A DNA stretch of 46,076 nt, filler included, from Jimgerdemannia flammicorona (Eukaryota): the NCBI GenBank assembly GCA_003990765.1. It is 2 parts of 2 records of this genome, joined end to end, with 100 filler letters (N's around TTAATTAATTAA, not from the genome) between each part and the next. Parts side by side here need not be neighbours in the genome. Positions count along the whole stretch, not along the records: positions 23,096 to 46,076 come from RBNJ01001173.1; 1 more part is not named here. One strand, written 5' to 3'. The first letter of the stretch is position 1. Each line of letters opens with the position of its first letter. Of the stretch, positions 33,142 to 46,076 are shown one piece after another. The notes beneath the pieces were generated by a model. That model saw nothing but the letters and a program-made list of their open reading frames with translations. It was not told the DNA's origin and did not search any database. The position numbers were made by a program, and so were the translations under genes.

Positions 33142-36100
33142 TGGGTGTTGGGTATGGTGGTCGCATGTTCATTCAGACCGTATGGCTTCATATTCATCTG
33201 CGTAAATATGTACGCCAATCGGCTTGTACGAAATGGGGGCCCTCCACCCGCGACGTTGGTATCGCCAATGCGGAGAAATGTCTATACCCCTCGACCATAT
33301 TTATTCATGATGATTAGGAAATATTGCTTGTTACTCTTTTCAGAGTGCAAACCAATAACTGGGTGTATAAGGAAGTAAATGAAAGCAGAGATCCCATGGG
33401 AAATACTGCATATGTGTCGGTGTGGAGTTTATTTTCAAAAATATGTCTAATAGCATCCAAATTAAGTTCTTAGGTTTACTACATATTACATATTTACCAG
33501 CAGCTATGTTGATGAGTTATGAAATCCTCTCTATGAATATATTGTATATGCTAGCAACAATTGCAATAAACACTATGTATATGCCTCCCCAAACAATCCT
33601 GTGGGGCGTCAATGCGTCAGGTCAATGCGTCAATGTTACAACTGCATGGGAATGCCACACACAGTTCTTGTGATCCAGTGAGGGTATTACGCCAACATGT
33701 CAAGGTGCCGTCGCACCATCGCCTATTCGGGAACATATATGGACACGAAAAGCAAAAAAGGGCCTTAACCGTCGGTAGTAATAAAAAAAAAAAAAAGAAA
33801 ACAAATATGCCTTTTCTATTTTCGTGCGCGGCAATATATAACCTACAAGGATCTGATTAACAATCAAGATCCCACCATTGGTCCAAGTGCGAAGAAAAGC
33901 CGCGAGGATTTTATCAGTTTATCTGATCTTTCGGAACGAAGTCCGTTGATTGTGGATGAACTGACAGAACACTTACCCTTTCGTAGAGTCCTTCCGATGG
34001 GGCTGGAACGTCCAGAAGCTCGGGAGGCGTTTGTACGACCCTAGAAGGTTTTCCAGGGGATGGTAGGGGGTTAAGGACCTGTGATGTCATGACGTCAAGT
34101 CGTGAGTAGTGGCATTTCTTGGTCTTGGCCCCAATGGAAAAGCGTAAACCTCGACAAAATCTAATCTTCATCTTTGCTTCGAGGCTCAGCGAAGAAAAGC
34201 GAAAATAAAAAATAAAATTGAAATATTATATTCAATGACTAATGACTGTCAATTGATTCCAAGCGGATCTCCGTGCTTGGCATGTTTACCAGAGGGGTGT
34301 GGGTAAGCTCAGTTTTGGCCCCTTGTTTTGGCGATGCTGGGGGGACGATCGGAGTCATTTATATCGAGGTGTGGGGTTTTGGGCGGAGCACGACTCTAGG
34401 TATTAAGCCGCATTGGGGGGTTTTTTTTTCTTCTTTGCAACTTTTTTTGCACCAACACAAGTTTTCCTCGGAACCTTACCTCTCCGGAGCTGGATCTTTC
34501 GTATCCTACCCACCCGAAAGACACGTAGTGGACCCCCAGAGCTCAGCGCGATGTATGGATGGGTGGGTGGGGTGGAAGAAGTTTTGGAAGGGGAAGGTGA
34601 GTCATTTGACAAACCAATGCCGCAACATTCAACGATCATTTAAACATTGCTTTACAATACTGCGATTAACCTTGTATCCCTGTCACGTGTGACCGCTGGG
34701 GCCGCCTATGAGAGGGGTGGTGGCGATCTACATGGGTCTGTTTTGCTCGGAATTGTTTTTAGGTTCGACAGAAATCAATGGCGAGCGTATTTTACAAGAA
34801 TGATGAACATGTTTGTTTCTTAAAAGAAACGAAATGATTAAATCATCATTCTATAATAAATCATCACTAACCAAACTAAGGACGTATATAAAAGCCTAAG
34901 CGCCTCAGATGCGATCAGTAGTTTCATGGACCACACATGAGCGGCGCAATGAGGATATTACTGATGCAAGAGCTTATTCAATCGGTCGACGCGACGTGAC
35001 AATGCACTTCTCTCACCTCCCATCCCAATTTTTTACCTTTGCCACGTAGTCCTCGACCGATCCGCCTCTCCCAGCTCAAAGCTCGAATGGTGCGTCTTCT
35101 CGTCCGCGTTGTCAGCACGACGTAATCTCGTTGGGTTTTTACGACAGCATTTTGCCTTCCGGATTGTGGGAGTGGAAACGCTCGTCTGGCGTCGGGAGGG
35201 GTCGAGTTAGTCGTGTCGCGTTGCGTTGCCCACGGCTTAAGACGGCGGAGACAGACGAGGACGACGTCCCAGATTGGCATATTTAGTCGGCTAGGTTGGT
35301 CCAAGAGGCTGGTTCTCTGGCTTAAGCGGCAAGAGTGTTGACGATCGTGAAAGAGGAATAGCTTTTGTTTATCATGATTACCATCATTATTATCATCATT
35401 ATTATTATTGTTATGGGCTAGCCCAGAAACAAACAGCCACATATTATTATTTACGCGTGGGGCCAAGAGTAACTATTTGGATACACCAAAAATTATTTTT
35501 ATTTGGACATGCTGTAATCAAAACCAAAACGTGTATGATGGCCCATTCTGCTTTGCAACGATGCGGAATTTCCGATTTCATGACATAATTTGTACTTAAA
35601 AGTATGCCACAGACACTTAATGGTGCCGGTTGAGATTTGTGATATCCCCCTCTCCCAGGTCTCCTTTCTCGCTCTGGTAGACGTATATACCTCGATATGA
35701 GATGGCTCCGTGGGGACAAGTGGAATTTAAATCGACACATGCTTTTGTTCTCATGTAAGCAATTTGGTTTTTTCGCATTGCCGGATAGCTGATCCTCGAT
35801 CAAGCTTGATGCAGTCAAAGGGGACATGAGAACCGACCAAATAGATCTACAAAGTAACACGCAAAACACAACAAAACATCGTCTCATATAAAGCCCACAC
35901 GACAGCAATTAAAACGTTTAAACCACCTGGTTATGAATGTGAATGCATGTGCATATGTATATATATATAAGAACAGACACACACGAGCCGATCCGTTGGA
36001 CGGCACTCGACACGCGTCCCGAGTCCAGGTATACAGACAACAACACATTATCAAACCACCATGCCTACATTAAAGAGCAAGAAAGGTTTGGGAAAGTGCA

Positions 36101-36296
36101 TGGAGAATGCAGGGAGTAACTCTAGAAATATATATGTATATGAGAGACAACACCTAAATATCGTTCCTCGGCAGTGGTACATAAAACAATTCATAGAACC
36201 GTTGATATGAAATGTTCATTGCCGACCCAATAAAGAAAATAAGGTATTCAAGCTCGTCGGGATGACCTCGCACACGACACGACACCCGAGCCCACC

Positions 36297-38293
36297 TCAA
36301 TCGAACGAGATCAAGTCCCGGAGCTCGATGAGATCGGCCTCCTCCATCTCCTGCTTCATCTGTTTCTTGGCGTTGTTGGTCTTCTTTCCACCTGCCCCGT
36401 CGTTCCTCCCCCTTCTCTCCCCATTCCGTCCTTCCTCGGTTCCCTCTCCCATCCCAGTCCTTCCCGCCCCTTTTTGTTTCTCCCCTCCCCCACACAGTGT
36501 CGCGATCATCCTCTTCGCGGCCTCCATCTCTGCCTCCTCCCTCTCCAATCCGTCTCCTCTCTCCACCAATTCGACCAAGGGTCCCTCTCCAAGCTGCATT
36601 CCAACCCGCACATGTGCACGGACCCCGCGCCCGACGGTATCGACATTGTAGAACGCCGGCGACAAGGATGCGCCTTGGGGACCGCGGTGGAGGAGCATGC
36701 GTAGGCGAACGCGCGGGTCGGCAGTGAGCGGAAGGTCGGCGATGGTGGCGAGGTTTAGCGGCGGGGGGGAAAGGAGTGGCGAAGAGGAGGGGACGGAGAT
36801 AATGGTGGGGGAAGTATAAGAGGAGGAATAGGAGGTGGAGTCGTTTGGGCTGGCGCGGTAGTCGTCTGAGTTCGAGTCGTCGTTACGCGAGTCGCTGGCG
36901 CGGCCGAAATCCTCCGCCAAGTCTTCGTTGAACGTCGCAGGAAGAGACCTGCTCCCCTGTGCGACGGGCAGCTTATAGGGTTCCTCGAAGAGCTCCGTCG
37001 GTGACTCCTCATGCTCCTCAGAATCGGGAAAAATCCCCCGCGGCTCCTGCCCACCCCCAAACCACCACCCCGTCCGCGTGCAATCACACGCCGCTCCGTG
37101 CCGATGCGAGTGCTTATGATGTTGCCGCTGCCTCTGCTGCTGCTGCCTCTGCTGCTGCCTCTGATGATACGGCCTCCTCCTCTCCCCGCCGCTCTCCCAC
37201 GCCGTGGGCGCCGCGCGCCCCGACGCAACTGCATCATCTTCATCTTCCGACGCGACGACGGACCTCTCGCTCTCCCACTTGTCCAGCGGCGCAGGCTCCC
37301 CAGCCCCTATGCCGATCCTCTCTTTCCTCCCTCCGTCCTCGAACCACATCTTAGCCAGGAGGATCCTGCAGGCCTCATTTTGCGCATCGGGTCTCGTCTC
37401 CCTCTCTGCGAAGCTCTTACTGATACTTCCATCTCTGGCAAGGCAGCTCGCCGCGACATACCAGTTAAGGCGGTGGTGCGGGTGGCGGGACTCACGATTA
37501 CGGGAGAAACGGACGGCGAGGGAGCCAGCGCGCGAGGGTCCCTGGCGTGATAGGTGGTCGCAAAGCTCGGTGTAGTAGTCGCGTGAGGGAGAGGTTGGGT
37601 CCGGCGTGGAGTTTATGGCGATGAGTGAACGGTAAGAGTGGCTCGAGAGCTTGGCCTTCTCGAGGTGGCGGGGGAGGAAAAGGGTGAAAAGGTCCTCGAT
37701 GTGGATGTCCCAGAGGGTGGTGAGAAAAAGGTGTGTGTAGATGTAACCTTGGTGCTGATACATGGCACTGAAGTAAAAGAGAGGTTACTGAGGATTTAGT
37801 TGGATGCTTTCTATCGTTGCTGTACAGGCCAAAGGCGGCAAGAGATAGATAAATAGCACACACACCCCAAAAACGATTCCATAACGCTGGGCAACAATTT
37901 TCCGCAACTCGTCCCCTGCACAACAAACTGATCCATGCCGATCAAGGTCGCGAGCCTCTCGAGCCCCTCGTGGTTGGACACAAGCACGCGGCGTTTCCGG
38001 TCAAGCGACGGGACACGCTCAGCAGGGTACTTATCGATGAGGTAGTCCGTGGCACTCAGGTAAAGAACACTGTCGCCGAGAAACTCGAGCTTCTTGAAGA
38101 CGAACTCCTCGGCGCGGAAGGTCGTGGGCAGGGTGACGGGGTGGATAAATGCGCACGCGAAGTGGTGCAGGTGGTCGTCGGTCAGAGGCACAGGCGGAGA
38201 GGACGGGACCAGGTCATGCAGGGCGCGCACAAAGGCGTCGAAGGCTGGATCGATATCGCCTGCGTCGGTGTAGATGGGAACCGGATCGGTCAT
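36297..38293 (-). CDS. RNase III-domain protein with two dsRNA-binding-like domains (exons 38293-37866 and 37767-36297; 632 aa)
   Basis: Signature KKLEFLGDSVL and LVSN. Splicing a 98-bp GT-AG intron (37768-37865) yields VMESFLGAMYQHQG. dsRBD-like segments RDYYTELCDHL...DAQNEACRILL and DPRVRLRMLL...EAEMEAAKRMIATL are separated by a Q/H/S/P-rich linker. Confidence 0.88.
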
Positions 38294-38677
38294 TTAGTTC
38301 GGACAGGGGGGTGGTCGGTGAAAGTGACGGGGAAGCCAGTGTTTGGGTTGGTTCAAGCACGTGTCGCCCGCAGTTTTACCCTTTTCCGATTTCTCAAATC
38401 CCACCAACCGGTCTCGCTCTCCCAGCTCTGCCTCCCGGCATTGCCTTTGTCAATGTGCATCGGCTGCCTGCAGTCATGTTGCATAAATCCCTTCATACAG
38501 GATCCATATTTTACAGCGGAAAAAATGTACAACAACCACCATCCTCTCCCTTGTCTCCTCTCAACAAAGCCTATCCATAAAAATGTACATCCATCCCCCG
38601 TCCGGAATATAAACAAATATTTACAACGCAAAGGCTCGTGCCCCCCCCGAGTCCCGCATCACGAGAGCCTCCCCCCC

Positions 38678-39602
38678 TCACCAAGCCTGTACCCCCCACG
38701 ACGATGCCTCGACAGGGTCGATCCAGAGGGCCGGTTGCCGGCCTTCGAGCCGGCGCATGGATTCGTCACGGGCCGCGCTCATCGAGGACGCCTTGGTCGA
38801 TCCGAGGGAGGACGGCGGGTACGCCTGCGTGGACGTCGAGGGTGATGGGTTCGGGAGGTGCGGTGTGGGGCCTTGGTCTTGCTCGTGGCTCATGGTTAGT
38901 GCGCATGCTTGGAAGTCGGCTGGGGTGGGGCGTGGGAAAGTTGAGGATGAGTCAATGATTGTAAATTTTATGGGGTATGGGGAGAGGAGATGGGGAAGGA
39001 GAGGGGAAGGTATGGTGAAAATCTATAACCCACAAATACGCACACATACCTGGGTCGATGATAGAGCTCCAAGTCCTCCCCTCGGACCTCTTCTTCTTGC
39101 TCTTCCTCGACGTATCAAAGCAGAAAAATCTCCATGCCACTGCCACCTTTTCAAACTGCTTTCCAACTTCCACAATCTTTACCTCTCCCTCTCGCATCTC
39201 CCCCACTGCCGTCGCCTCTACCCTATCCACCTCCCCGACTTTCGCTGGCGCGACCTTGACCCTCCTTGTTGACCTCCTCCTCGTTTTCCTTCCAACCCTG
39301 AACCTGAACCTATCCACCACCGTGACCTTGACCGCCTCTTCCTCCTCCGCCGCCTTCTCCTCTTCCACCTCGACCGTCCCTCGCTCTTTCACCTCCTCCA
39401 CCCTCCCGCGCGCAAATGGTCTTGCCGGCGGCAAGATCTCATCGGGGGACTCCGCCCACCCGTGCCGCGCGTCCCTCACGTGCGGCGGACGGTGGTGCCG
39501 GCGCGACGGCGCGCGGTCGTTGGGCTGTGCGGTCGGGCCGGGTGGTGGGGGAGAAGGACCGGTGGTGGTGGTTATGATGGGTGAGACGCGAGGTTTGATC
39601 AT
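38678..39602 (-). CDS. Hypothetical low-complexity basic protein, probably two exons
   Basis: ATG at 39602 within a long GC-rich ORF. Donor GTATGT at 39049, branch-like CTAAC near 38898, second coding piece ending ...WGVQAW* at 38678. The acceptor site is uncertain. Confidence 0.55.
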
Positions 39603-40721
39603 TGTATCGGTCGTTTTTGATGAGTTTTTGGGGGTTGAGTATATGAGTTGCGTTGCTCTGCGTTTGTCGATCAGGGTATCGTACGACGATCGACGAGAGA
39701 GCGGGAGAAAAAAAAGTTCAGGTATGCTAGAAGATAAAAGAAAATGGATAAGGGGCGCGGAGAGAACGGACAAACAGAATAAGAGAGATTAGGGTCCTGC
39801 TTGACCTGGACGTGAGAAATATACATCGAAGTCACAAGGGGGCGCTATCTCGACAAGGGCTTATGCAGCCCATCCCAGATCCGTCAGCGGACCGTGGTAC
39901 AACCTGTGTTTATGTGCAAATGTTTTGGTTTGACCAGAATCGATCGGGGGGGGGGGCGACGGCAAATATTACGTAGAATATTGCTGGCTTGTTTGGGCGT
40001 GGGTTGTCGCGAGGAATTTGAGTTTCATTTCCTTCAATATAATTATTCAATGAGAAAAAAAAAGGAGAGGGTATAATTCATGACGTAGTTGGCAAACTTA
40101 CGCCAGGCAGATCATGTGCAGAAGCTGTGCTATATATTCTTCGCGGGATCCTCCCGTGCAACATTAATCATCACATAGATTGTTTACCCCGACAGGATCG
40201 ATAATCGACCATTGGCGAGATCGGCATAAGAAAACATCAGCGTGGGTTAAAAATAGCGCGGTCGTTGAAAGCTCGCTATAACAGCCGTAACGGGATTTGG
40301 ACGCGACGTTTTAGGGGGCTTCGTATTTTTGCTCTCGACAGATATAACTGAGCATCCGTCACATTCTTCATTTTATATCATGTCGATGATCCAGCCAGGT
40401 AATTATGCATGTAGGAACTTTTTGCACCGGACACGGAACCCCCCTGCGCACGCGCCGCCAACGGAGCCTCCTGAAGGTGATGCACCATGGAGCAAGCCAA
40501 CTTGCCACGTTTGTGTGCAGGCGACCATGGAGCAAGCGAACTTGACCACGTTTGTGTGCAGGCGCGGCGGAGCTGCCTTTCTGGGCGATCGTTCACGGCA
40601 CAGCATTCCAAGCCCTCTCTCTTTAGGCCTGTCAGACTGAAAAGATAACCCACCCTCCCGCCCTAACCTCCCGGCCCCTCCCTCTCCGAACGACCCCCCA
40701 TAGGAAATATACGCTAATCCA

Positions 40722-43700
40722 ATGCTTCCGGCCTCGACGCGAACCCATTGGCGTTTGCTCGCTGCCGTCGGGATGATCGTCGTGGCTGCCGTACTGGGCC
40801 GAGCTAACCCAGGTTCGAACGCTTTTTAGTCATGACAATTTGCCTTGTAAAAGGAACGTGCAAGAATGCCGTGATACCCACACCTCGTTGTCACGTTCCT
40901 GACCCCTTCTCTCTCCCCCAAAGGCGCCCGACAAAACGGCTGCGTCTTCACCTACAACAATCTCTTCTACCTCCTCGGTGGCGACGGCCTGAACGGCACG
41001 TCAAACGATGCCTTTGCTTACACAACCTTCCCGCTAGACCCGAACAACGCGGTACACTGGCAAGCAGTCGGAAAGAACGGGACACCGAACCTCTTCAACT
41101 CGACCCTGCCCGTGAACACGCTGGCGAACCTCCTCAAACCGTGCGTTGTGACGCCCAACGGCACCCTGATCGTCGGCGGCAACGACTTCATAGGCTACGA
41201 CATCCCCCAAGACAAATGGCTCGGCCCACTAAACCTCATGGAGACATCAACTATCGCCCCCGCGCCCCTCCTTTTCCAACCATGCGATATAGAGCTCTGG
41301 GGCTCCTGTTACGAGCGCTACGTGAAGGTCCAGGACTCACTCTGGATCTTCCAGAACGTCGCCAACTCCATATTCCAGCCTTACACCGACATATACATCC
41401 TGAATCTGACCACCTTCGCCTGGTCCCCACGCCAGCAGCGCGGCCCCATCCCCACGATGCTATTGTCCACCTCGCTCATCTACCTCGCTCCTGATCAGCT
41501 AAACTTGCCAAACCACCCCGCGGGCATCATCCTCATGGTTGGCGGACAGTTTAATAACACGTACAATTCAACCATCTGGGTATTCGATCTTGACACCAAC
41601 AGTTGGTCCATCTCACCTCAATCACTCTTGGTTGCCGTCGACGGCGCCAAGTTGTTCTACTATCAGCCCACGACCACTCTGTATATCTTCCCAGGTAAGC
41701 CACCTCCCCCAATCATCAGGATCCGAAACCTTGACGCGTGCGTAGATCACCTCATCTCCTAAGTGCTCATCTGTCCGAAATTTCATTGTGCAGGCGGAAC
41801 CACAAACCAGATTCCGACGAACGCCATGCAATGGTTGAACCTGTCGTCGAACGGCGCGGCGGTCTCGATGAAGGTTACAACGCAAAAGTATCAACCGTCG
41901 GCGAGGATCGGAGCAAACGCAGTGCAGCACGGAAACACGGTGGGTCTTCGAAGGCGTAAGAGAGAGAGAGAGAGGGGGGGGGGGTTGTTCTGGTGGTTTG
42001 ACCAGTATGTTGGTTTGATTTGTTTTCTTAACCAAGGAAACCCCGTTTTATCACAATGCAGTTTGTGGTTTATGGAGGAAATAACGGGAGCGCGAACGAT
42101 GATCAGGTAAATAAAAAATAAAAATAACATAATTCCTTTTGTGAGTAGGCAGATACAGGCGATTTTGTATCCATTTCAATAATATTTTTCACCCTCGGTC
42201 ATGCTACAGTTTTTCATATTCAACATGTCGACAACACCAATAGGAGAATGGTAAGTTCCAACGCGAACCAAGTTCCCTTCTCCGTTCACCCCGGCTCACG
42301 CCCCCAATCCCCCCACCCAGGACGCGTTATGCGGCCGCGACGACCTTGACAACAACGACGGCCCTCCCGACCGTAATCCCCACAGCCGCCGGCGCGGGCA
42401 CGAGCGCGAGCGCGAGCCCATCTGTCACCCCTGACTCCAACTTCAATATGATTGCTTTCGCCGGCGGAATGGCGGGAGCGGTAGTGTTCCTTGCGCTGGT
42501 ACTGGGAGCAGGCTTGTTCTACCGCCAACGGCGCACAAAGACCACTCCCTCCGACTCCGTCATCGCCACTCAGAAACGTCCGTTCCGCGGAGACCAGAGT
42601 GACGAGGTATTCCAGCCATTTATGGCCTCGTCCGGAACTCCCCTGCAGTCACCCACCGCATACGAAGATACAATGTCCTCGCCAACCACGTCGTCCTCAC
42701 CAAATGGGTTTTTCTCGTTCCGAAGTAGGAAGACACCCCCGGCGCGTGGGGCGGAGCCGTATGCTCCCACGCAGAATGCTTCGTTCCAATCGATGACCGG
42801 GTTCACGTTCGGCAATGCCTCACCTGACCCTGGCCCTTCCGCCGCCGCTGTGAAGGAGTCGTTTTTCACGTTCTTATTCCGAAGCATTACGACGCCCAAG
42901 CGAGGAGTGGAACCGTACACAACGGGACAGAATGACAACCCTTCGATGTCGAGGAACGGCACGACGTCGGTGGTGCGTAGCAGGACGTATCGCAACGCAG
43001 ACCACGACTCCGTCTCGTCGTTCACGATAATCCCCCCGGCGCCGCCGAATCCGCCGCTGCACCTGCACAAGCAGAGCTCGTTCGTGGTGATGCCGCAAGG
43101 CGAAAAGTACCAGGTCGTGCCGAGCCCGCTGTCGACATCCGAGCCCGGGACAATCGTGTTGCGGGAGATTGAACCGAAAGAGGAAGAGGTGGAATTGAGA
43201 AGGAGGGTGCAGCCTGTGGTCAAGGAGCAGCAGTGGTGGGAAGAGGCGAAAAGACCGCCTGGGAGGCCGTCAAAGTCGGCAGGGAAGCCGGCGGATAAGG
43301 CAAGGGCTGTTGAGGTAAAAACGGGAAAGCTTGGGAGGCCTGTGGAAGAAGTCGGGGTGGGAAAGCCGGTTGGGAAGCCTGTGGAAGAGGTCGGGGTGTG
43401 GAAGCCGATTGGGAGGCCTGTGGAAGAGGTCGAGGTGAAGCCGGTTGGGAGGCCTGTGGATGAGGTCGGGCTGGGTAAGCCGGTTGGGAGGCCTGTTGAA
43501 GAGGTCGGAGTGAAGAAGTCGGTTGGGAGGCCTGTGGATGAGGTCGGGCTTAGGAAGCCAGTGGTAAGGCCTGTGTATGAAGTCAGGGCGGCACTAGGGA
43601 CGACAATGGAGAAGAGCGGAGCGATGGATCGGATGTCGGCAGGGAGTAAGATGGGGAATCTGGCGGACGATGCGGTGATTATTGATTCGATGAAGGAGGG

Positions 43701-43767
43701 GTATCAGCATGCAAATTTCGAGGGGATGGAGAAGGAGAGACATCAGCATGGCAATTTTGTTGCGTGA
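40722..43767 (+). CDS. Type I membrane protein: signal peptide, Kelch/galactose-oxidase-like beta-propeller, Ser/Thr stalk, TM helix, long cytoplasmic tail (about 6 exons)
   Basis: Signal MLPASTRTHWRLLAAVGMIVVAAVLG. Kelch motifs FYLLGG, LIVGG, LMVGGQ..IWVFDLDTNSW, YIFPGG, FVVYGG. GT-AG introns near 40813-40923, 41694-41793, 41940-42061, 42107-42209 and 42251-42320. TM segment IAFAGGMAGAVVFLALVLGAGLFY followed by RQRR. Confidence 0.88.
43321..43590 (+). repeat. Coding minisatellite, about 7 units of 33-39 bp encoding KPVGRPVEEVG(V/L)
   Basis: Repeated aagccggttgggaggcctgtgga(a/t)gaggtcggg in the Kelch protein tail. Confidence 0.9.
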
Positions 43768-43815
43768 GAGGATGTGGATGTGGCCTGTTATTGGTATTCG
43801 GTACTTATGAGACAA

Positions 43816-43856
<41 letters not shown>

Positions 43857-44305
43857 TCGCATTTGCATGCGCGAACTGTATATATTGTACATCGAGCACT
43901 GTTTATATACCATTGCTGTGTTGATTTTACCCGGTAACTGTAGTAGAGACAATATTTAGCAACAGCACGAAACGAACATGAAACATGGAGAAACCGATGG
44001 AGGCTCGTTATGGCAAGGGGCAATGGAGGGCGACATTTATGGAGGGCGACATTTATGGCAAGAGATGTCTGTGCGTGGTAAATCTGGCATGTCTCGGTAG
44101 CCGGTTGCGGGGGGCGGGGGGGGGATGGGGTTGGTTGACTCAGTTCATTTTATGGTTTGTGGGTTAATTTCTCCGATTCAAGGTGGCAACTAACTGGCTG
44201 GCTTTGGGGACTTTTGGCAGCGCATGACGTCACGGTACAGCATAGCAGTCCATCCTATCGTTCTATCTTTGAACTTTCATTGACTCTCTTTCTTCTTCAC
44301 ACACA

Positions 44306-45959
44306 ATGCATTCCAAACACCACACCACAACCCTCACCCCAGCCGCCTCACCCCCGGACCCTGACGACGACGACGACGACTTTGTCTCCAAGCTGCATTC
44401 TCAGTTTGCTTTATACCGCCTGGTCCTGCACCGTCCCGTCTGCCCCAAAGTCTGTCCGAACCAGTGGCACCGAGTCACCCTGCTCCTATCCAATGAGCTA
44501 GGCCTCTTTCGCAAGAAAGATCTGGAACCAGACGGTTTCGTCCGTCTCCGATGCGCGTTTCTCCCCCGCGTCGGGGACAACGACGGCGACGACGCGTACA
44601 CTGTGGAAGCGAGACCCCTCCAGGACGAGGTTTGGGCACTCAATGACGTGGTCGGTATGAAGTGGCCCGGGTTCAAGGGCAGCGCTAAGGGTGGCCTCGA
44701 ATATCGCATTGTGAGGAGGAAGAGCTGGGTCGCAGTGAAAGGAGCAGCTGTAGAGGCCGGGGGCGGCTGTCATGTCGCGAGGGAGGTCAACGCTCGTACG
44801 AACGGGAATAGAAACGGGCGGGTGCCGACGTCGACGGTCCCGCCGCCGGCATTAGGACAGAGATATTTACACATCTTCCCAGACCCGGAAGCAGAGCATT
44901 CTATCAACGTTATGCCGCTGGTCATCGGACCGCTATCTATTGTAGCTGACGACGGGGGGGATGACAGCGGCGGCTCACCACCGGCGGCCGAAGTACCAGG
45001 CTTACCTACCACGTCGGTACCGATTCGATTCTGGGACGCGGACGAGTCGCTGCACGAGACCTATCGTACGTTTCCCTTGCCGGATTTTCCCACGTCGACA
45101 GGGTCTCATCGGAAGAGGGCAGGGGGAAGACATTTACTCATACAGGAGTCGTGGGATTCGGGGATACCGGGGAAGGTTTGGGACTCGGCGCTTGTGTTGT
45201 CGGCGTTTTTTGCGAATATGATTGCCAGAAGTCCAAAGTGGTTGGAGGGGAAGCATGTGGTGGATCTCAGTGCGGGGTATGCGTTCGGGTGACATCTTTT
45301 CTCTCTCTCTCCTGCTTTCATTCGACTCATTCTCATCACCTCACTAACCGCACACTCGACCACCATCCCCATCCATTATTATACTTAGTACCGGCTTCGT
45401 AGGCCTCTATCTGGCCTCCTTGGCGACGGCCCTCCCACACCCCTCCTTCGCCTCTGCAACAACGACGCGCAAGACTCCTCACATAACCATCACAGACCTC
45501 TCCCACGCGCTCCGGCTCATCCGTACCAATCTGCGTCTCAACTCCCATCTGATCACCAACCCGACACCCTCGGCACGCGTGGATATCCGCCGACTCGAGT
45601 GGGGTCACGCTGCGGACGCGCGCCGGCTGGTTCCATGCGATGTAATCATCGCCTCAGACGTACTTTACGAGACCCAGCACTTTGCTAACCTGGTCGCGAC
45701 CCTCGTTACCCTGAGCAGCATCCGTTGGACGAGGGTCTATCTTGGCTACAAACGAAGGGGACTCGGAAGGGCGGACGAGGAGAAGTTTTTTAATATGTGC
45801 GCCGAGAGATTTGATATACGTGTTATTGGTGGCGAGAGCGCGTTGGGCGAGGGTATGGGTGTTGGGACGATGGCCAGTGTTGATGAGGAGAACGCGTTGG
45901 TACCTGAATTGGCGGCCAGGACAGGTGTCGTCTTGTATAGGATGATTAGGCGATCATGA
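44306..45959 (+). CDS. Family-16 (METTL21-like) SAM-dependent protein methyltransferase with a long N-terminal extension (intron 45277-45388)
   Basis: GIPGKVWDSALVL, spliced motif I KHVVDLSAGTGFVGL, ITITDL, RRLEWG, DVIIASDVLY, LGYKRR. Confidence 0.9.
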
Positions 45960-46076
45960 TGAAGGGAGAAGGTGGAGTGAGGGGGACTGTGTAGCCGGAA
46001 TAAAGGGGCACCGAAACATTGCGGTGTGGGGATGTTTATCGCGTTATATTATACCCTGCGTAGACACTTTTTTTTT

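Noticed and set aside
34978..35466. 162-aa minus-strand ORF with an Asn-rich start
   Set aside because: The Asn run comes from an ATT/ATC microsatellite, and there is no domain or splice support.
36262..39792. Long plus-strand ORFs (e.g. 37970-38845, 39058-39792)
   Set aside because: They are antisense shadows of GC-rich minus-strand genes; the RNase III frame has motif and splice support.
43817..43855. Long poly(T) as a retroposon tail
   Set aside because: No adjacent LINE 3' UTR or TSD; it lies in the probable 3' UTR of the Kelch gene.

Overview
This is eukaryotic, intron-containing DNA, most likely from an early-diverging fungus (Mucoromycota/Endogonales-like; this is an inference). It consists of two contigs joined by an artificial 100-bp spacer (N44-TTAATTAATTAA-N44, 22996-23095). 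The left half (1-22995) is a CpG-depleted nest of dead retroelements, six layers deep: an L1/Tx1-like LINE 3' end, interrupted by a Ty3/Gypsy chromovirus carrying a dUTPase, interrupted in its LTR TATA box by a second Gypsy whose 1.5-kb LTR contains an extra ORF and a 35-bp tandem array, probably interrupted by a third Gypsy carrying a homologous extra ORF, interrupted by a full-length LINE, interrupted by a second full-length LINE in the opposite orientation. Target-site duplications were found for both full-length LINEs. The right half starts with an LTR remnant, followed by about 8 kb of gene relics (TPR fragment, 172-bp tandem repeat, possible OTU motif). It then holds apparently intact genes: a Tc1-HTH protein without a DDE domain (probable domesticated transposase), an RNase III with two dsRBDs (R3B2-like architecture), a small hypothetical protein, a Kelch-propeller membrane protein with a repetitive tail, and a family-16 SAM methyltransferase. 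The best candidate for an undescribed system is the Gypsy accessory-ORF family together with the LTR tandem arrays and the local retention of CpG. All calls are from manual reading; no searches were run.
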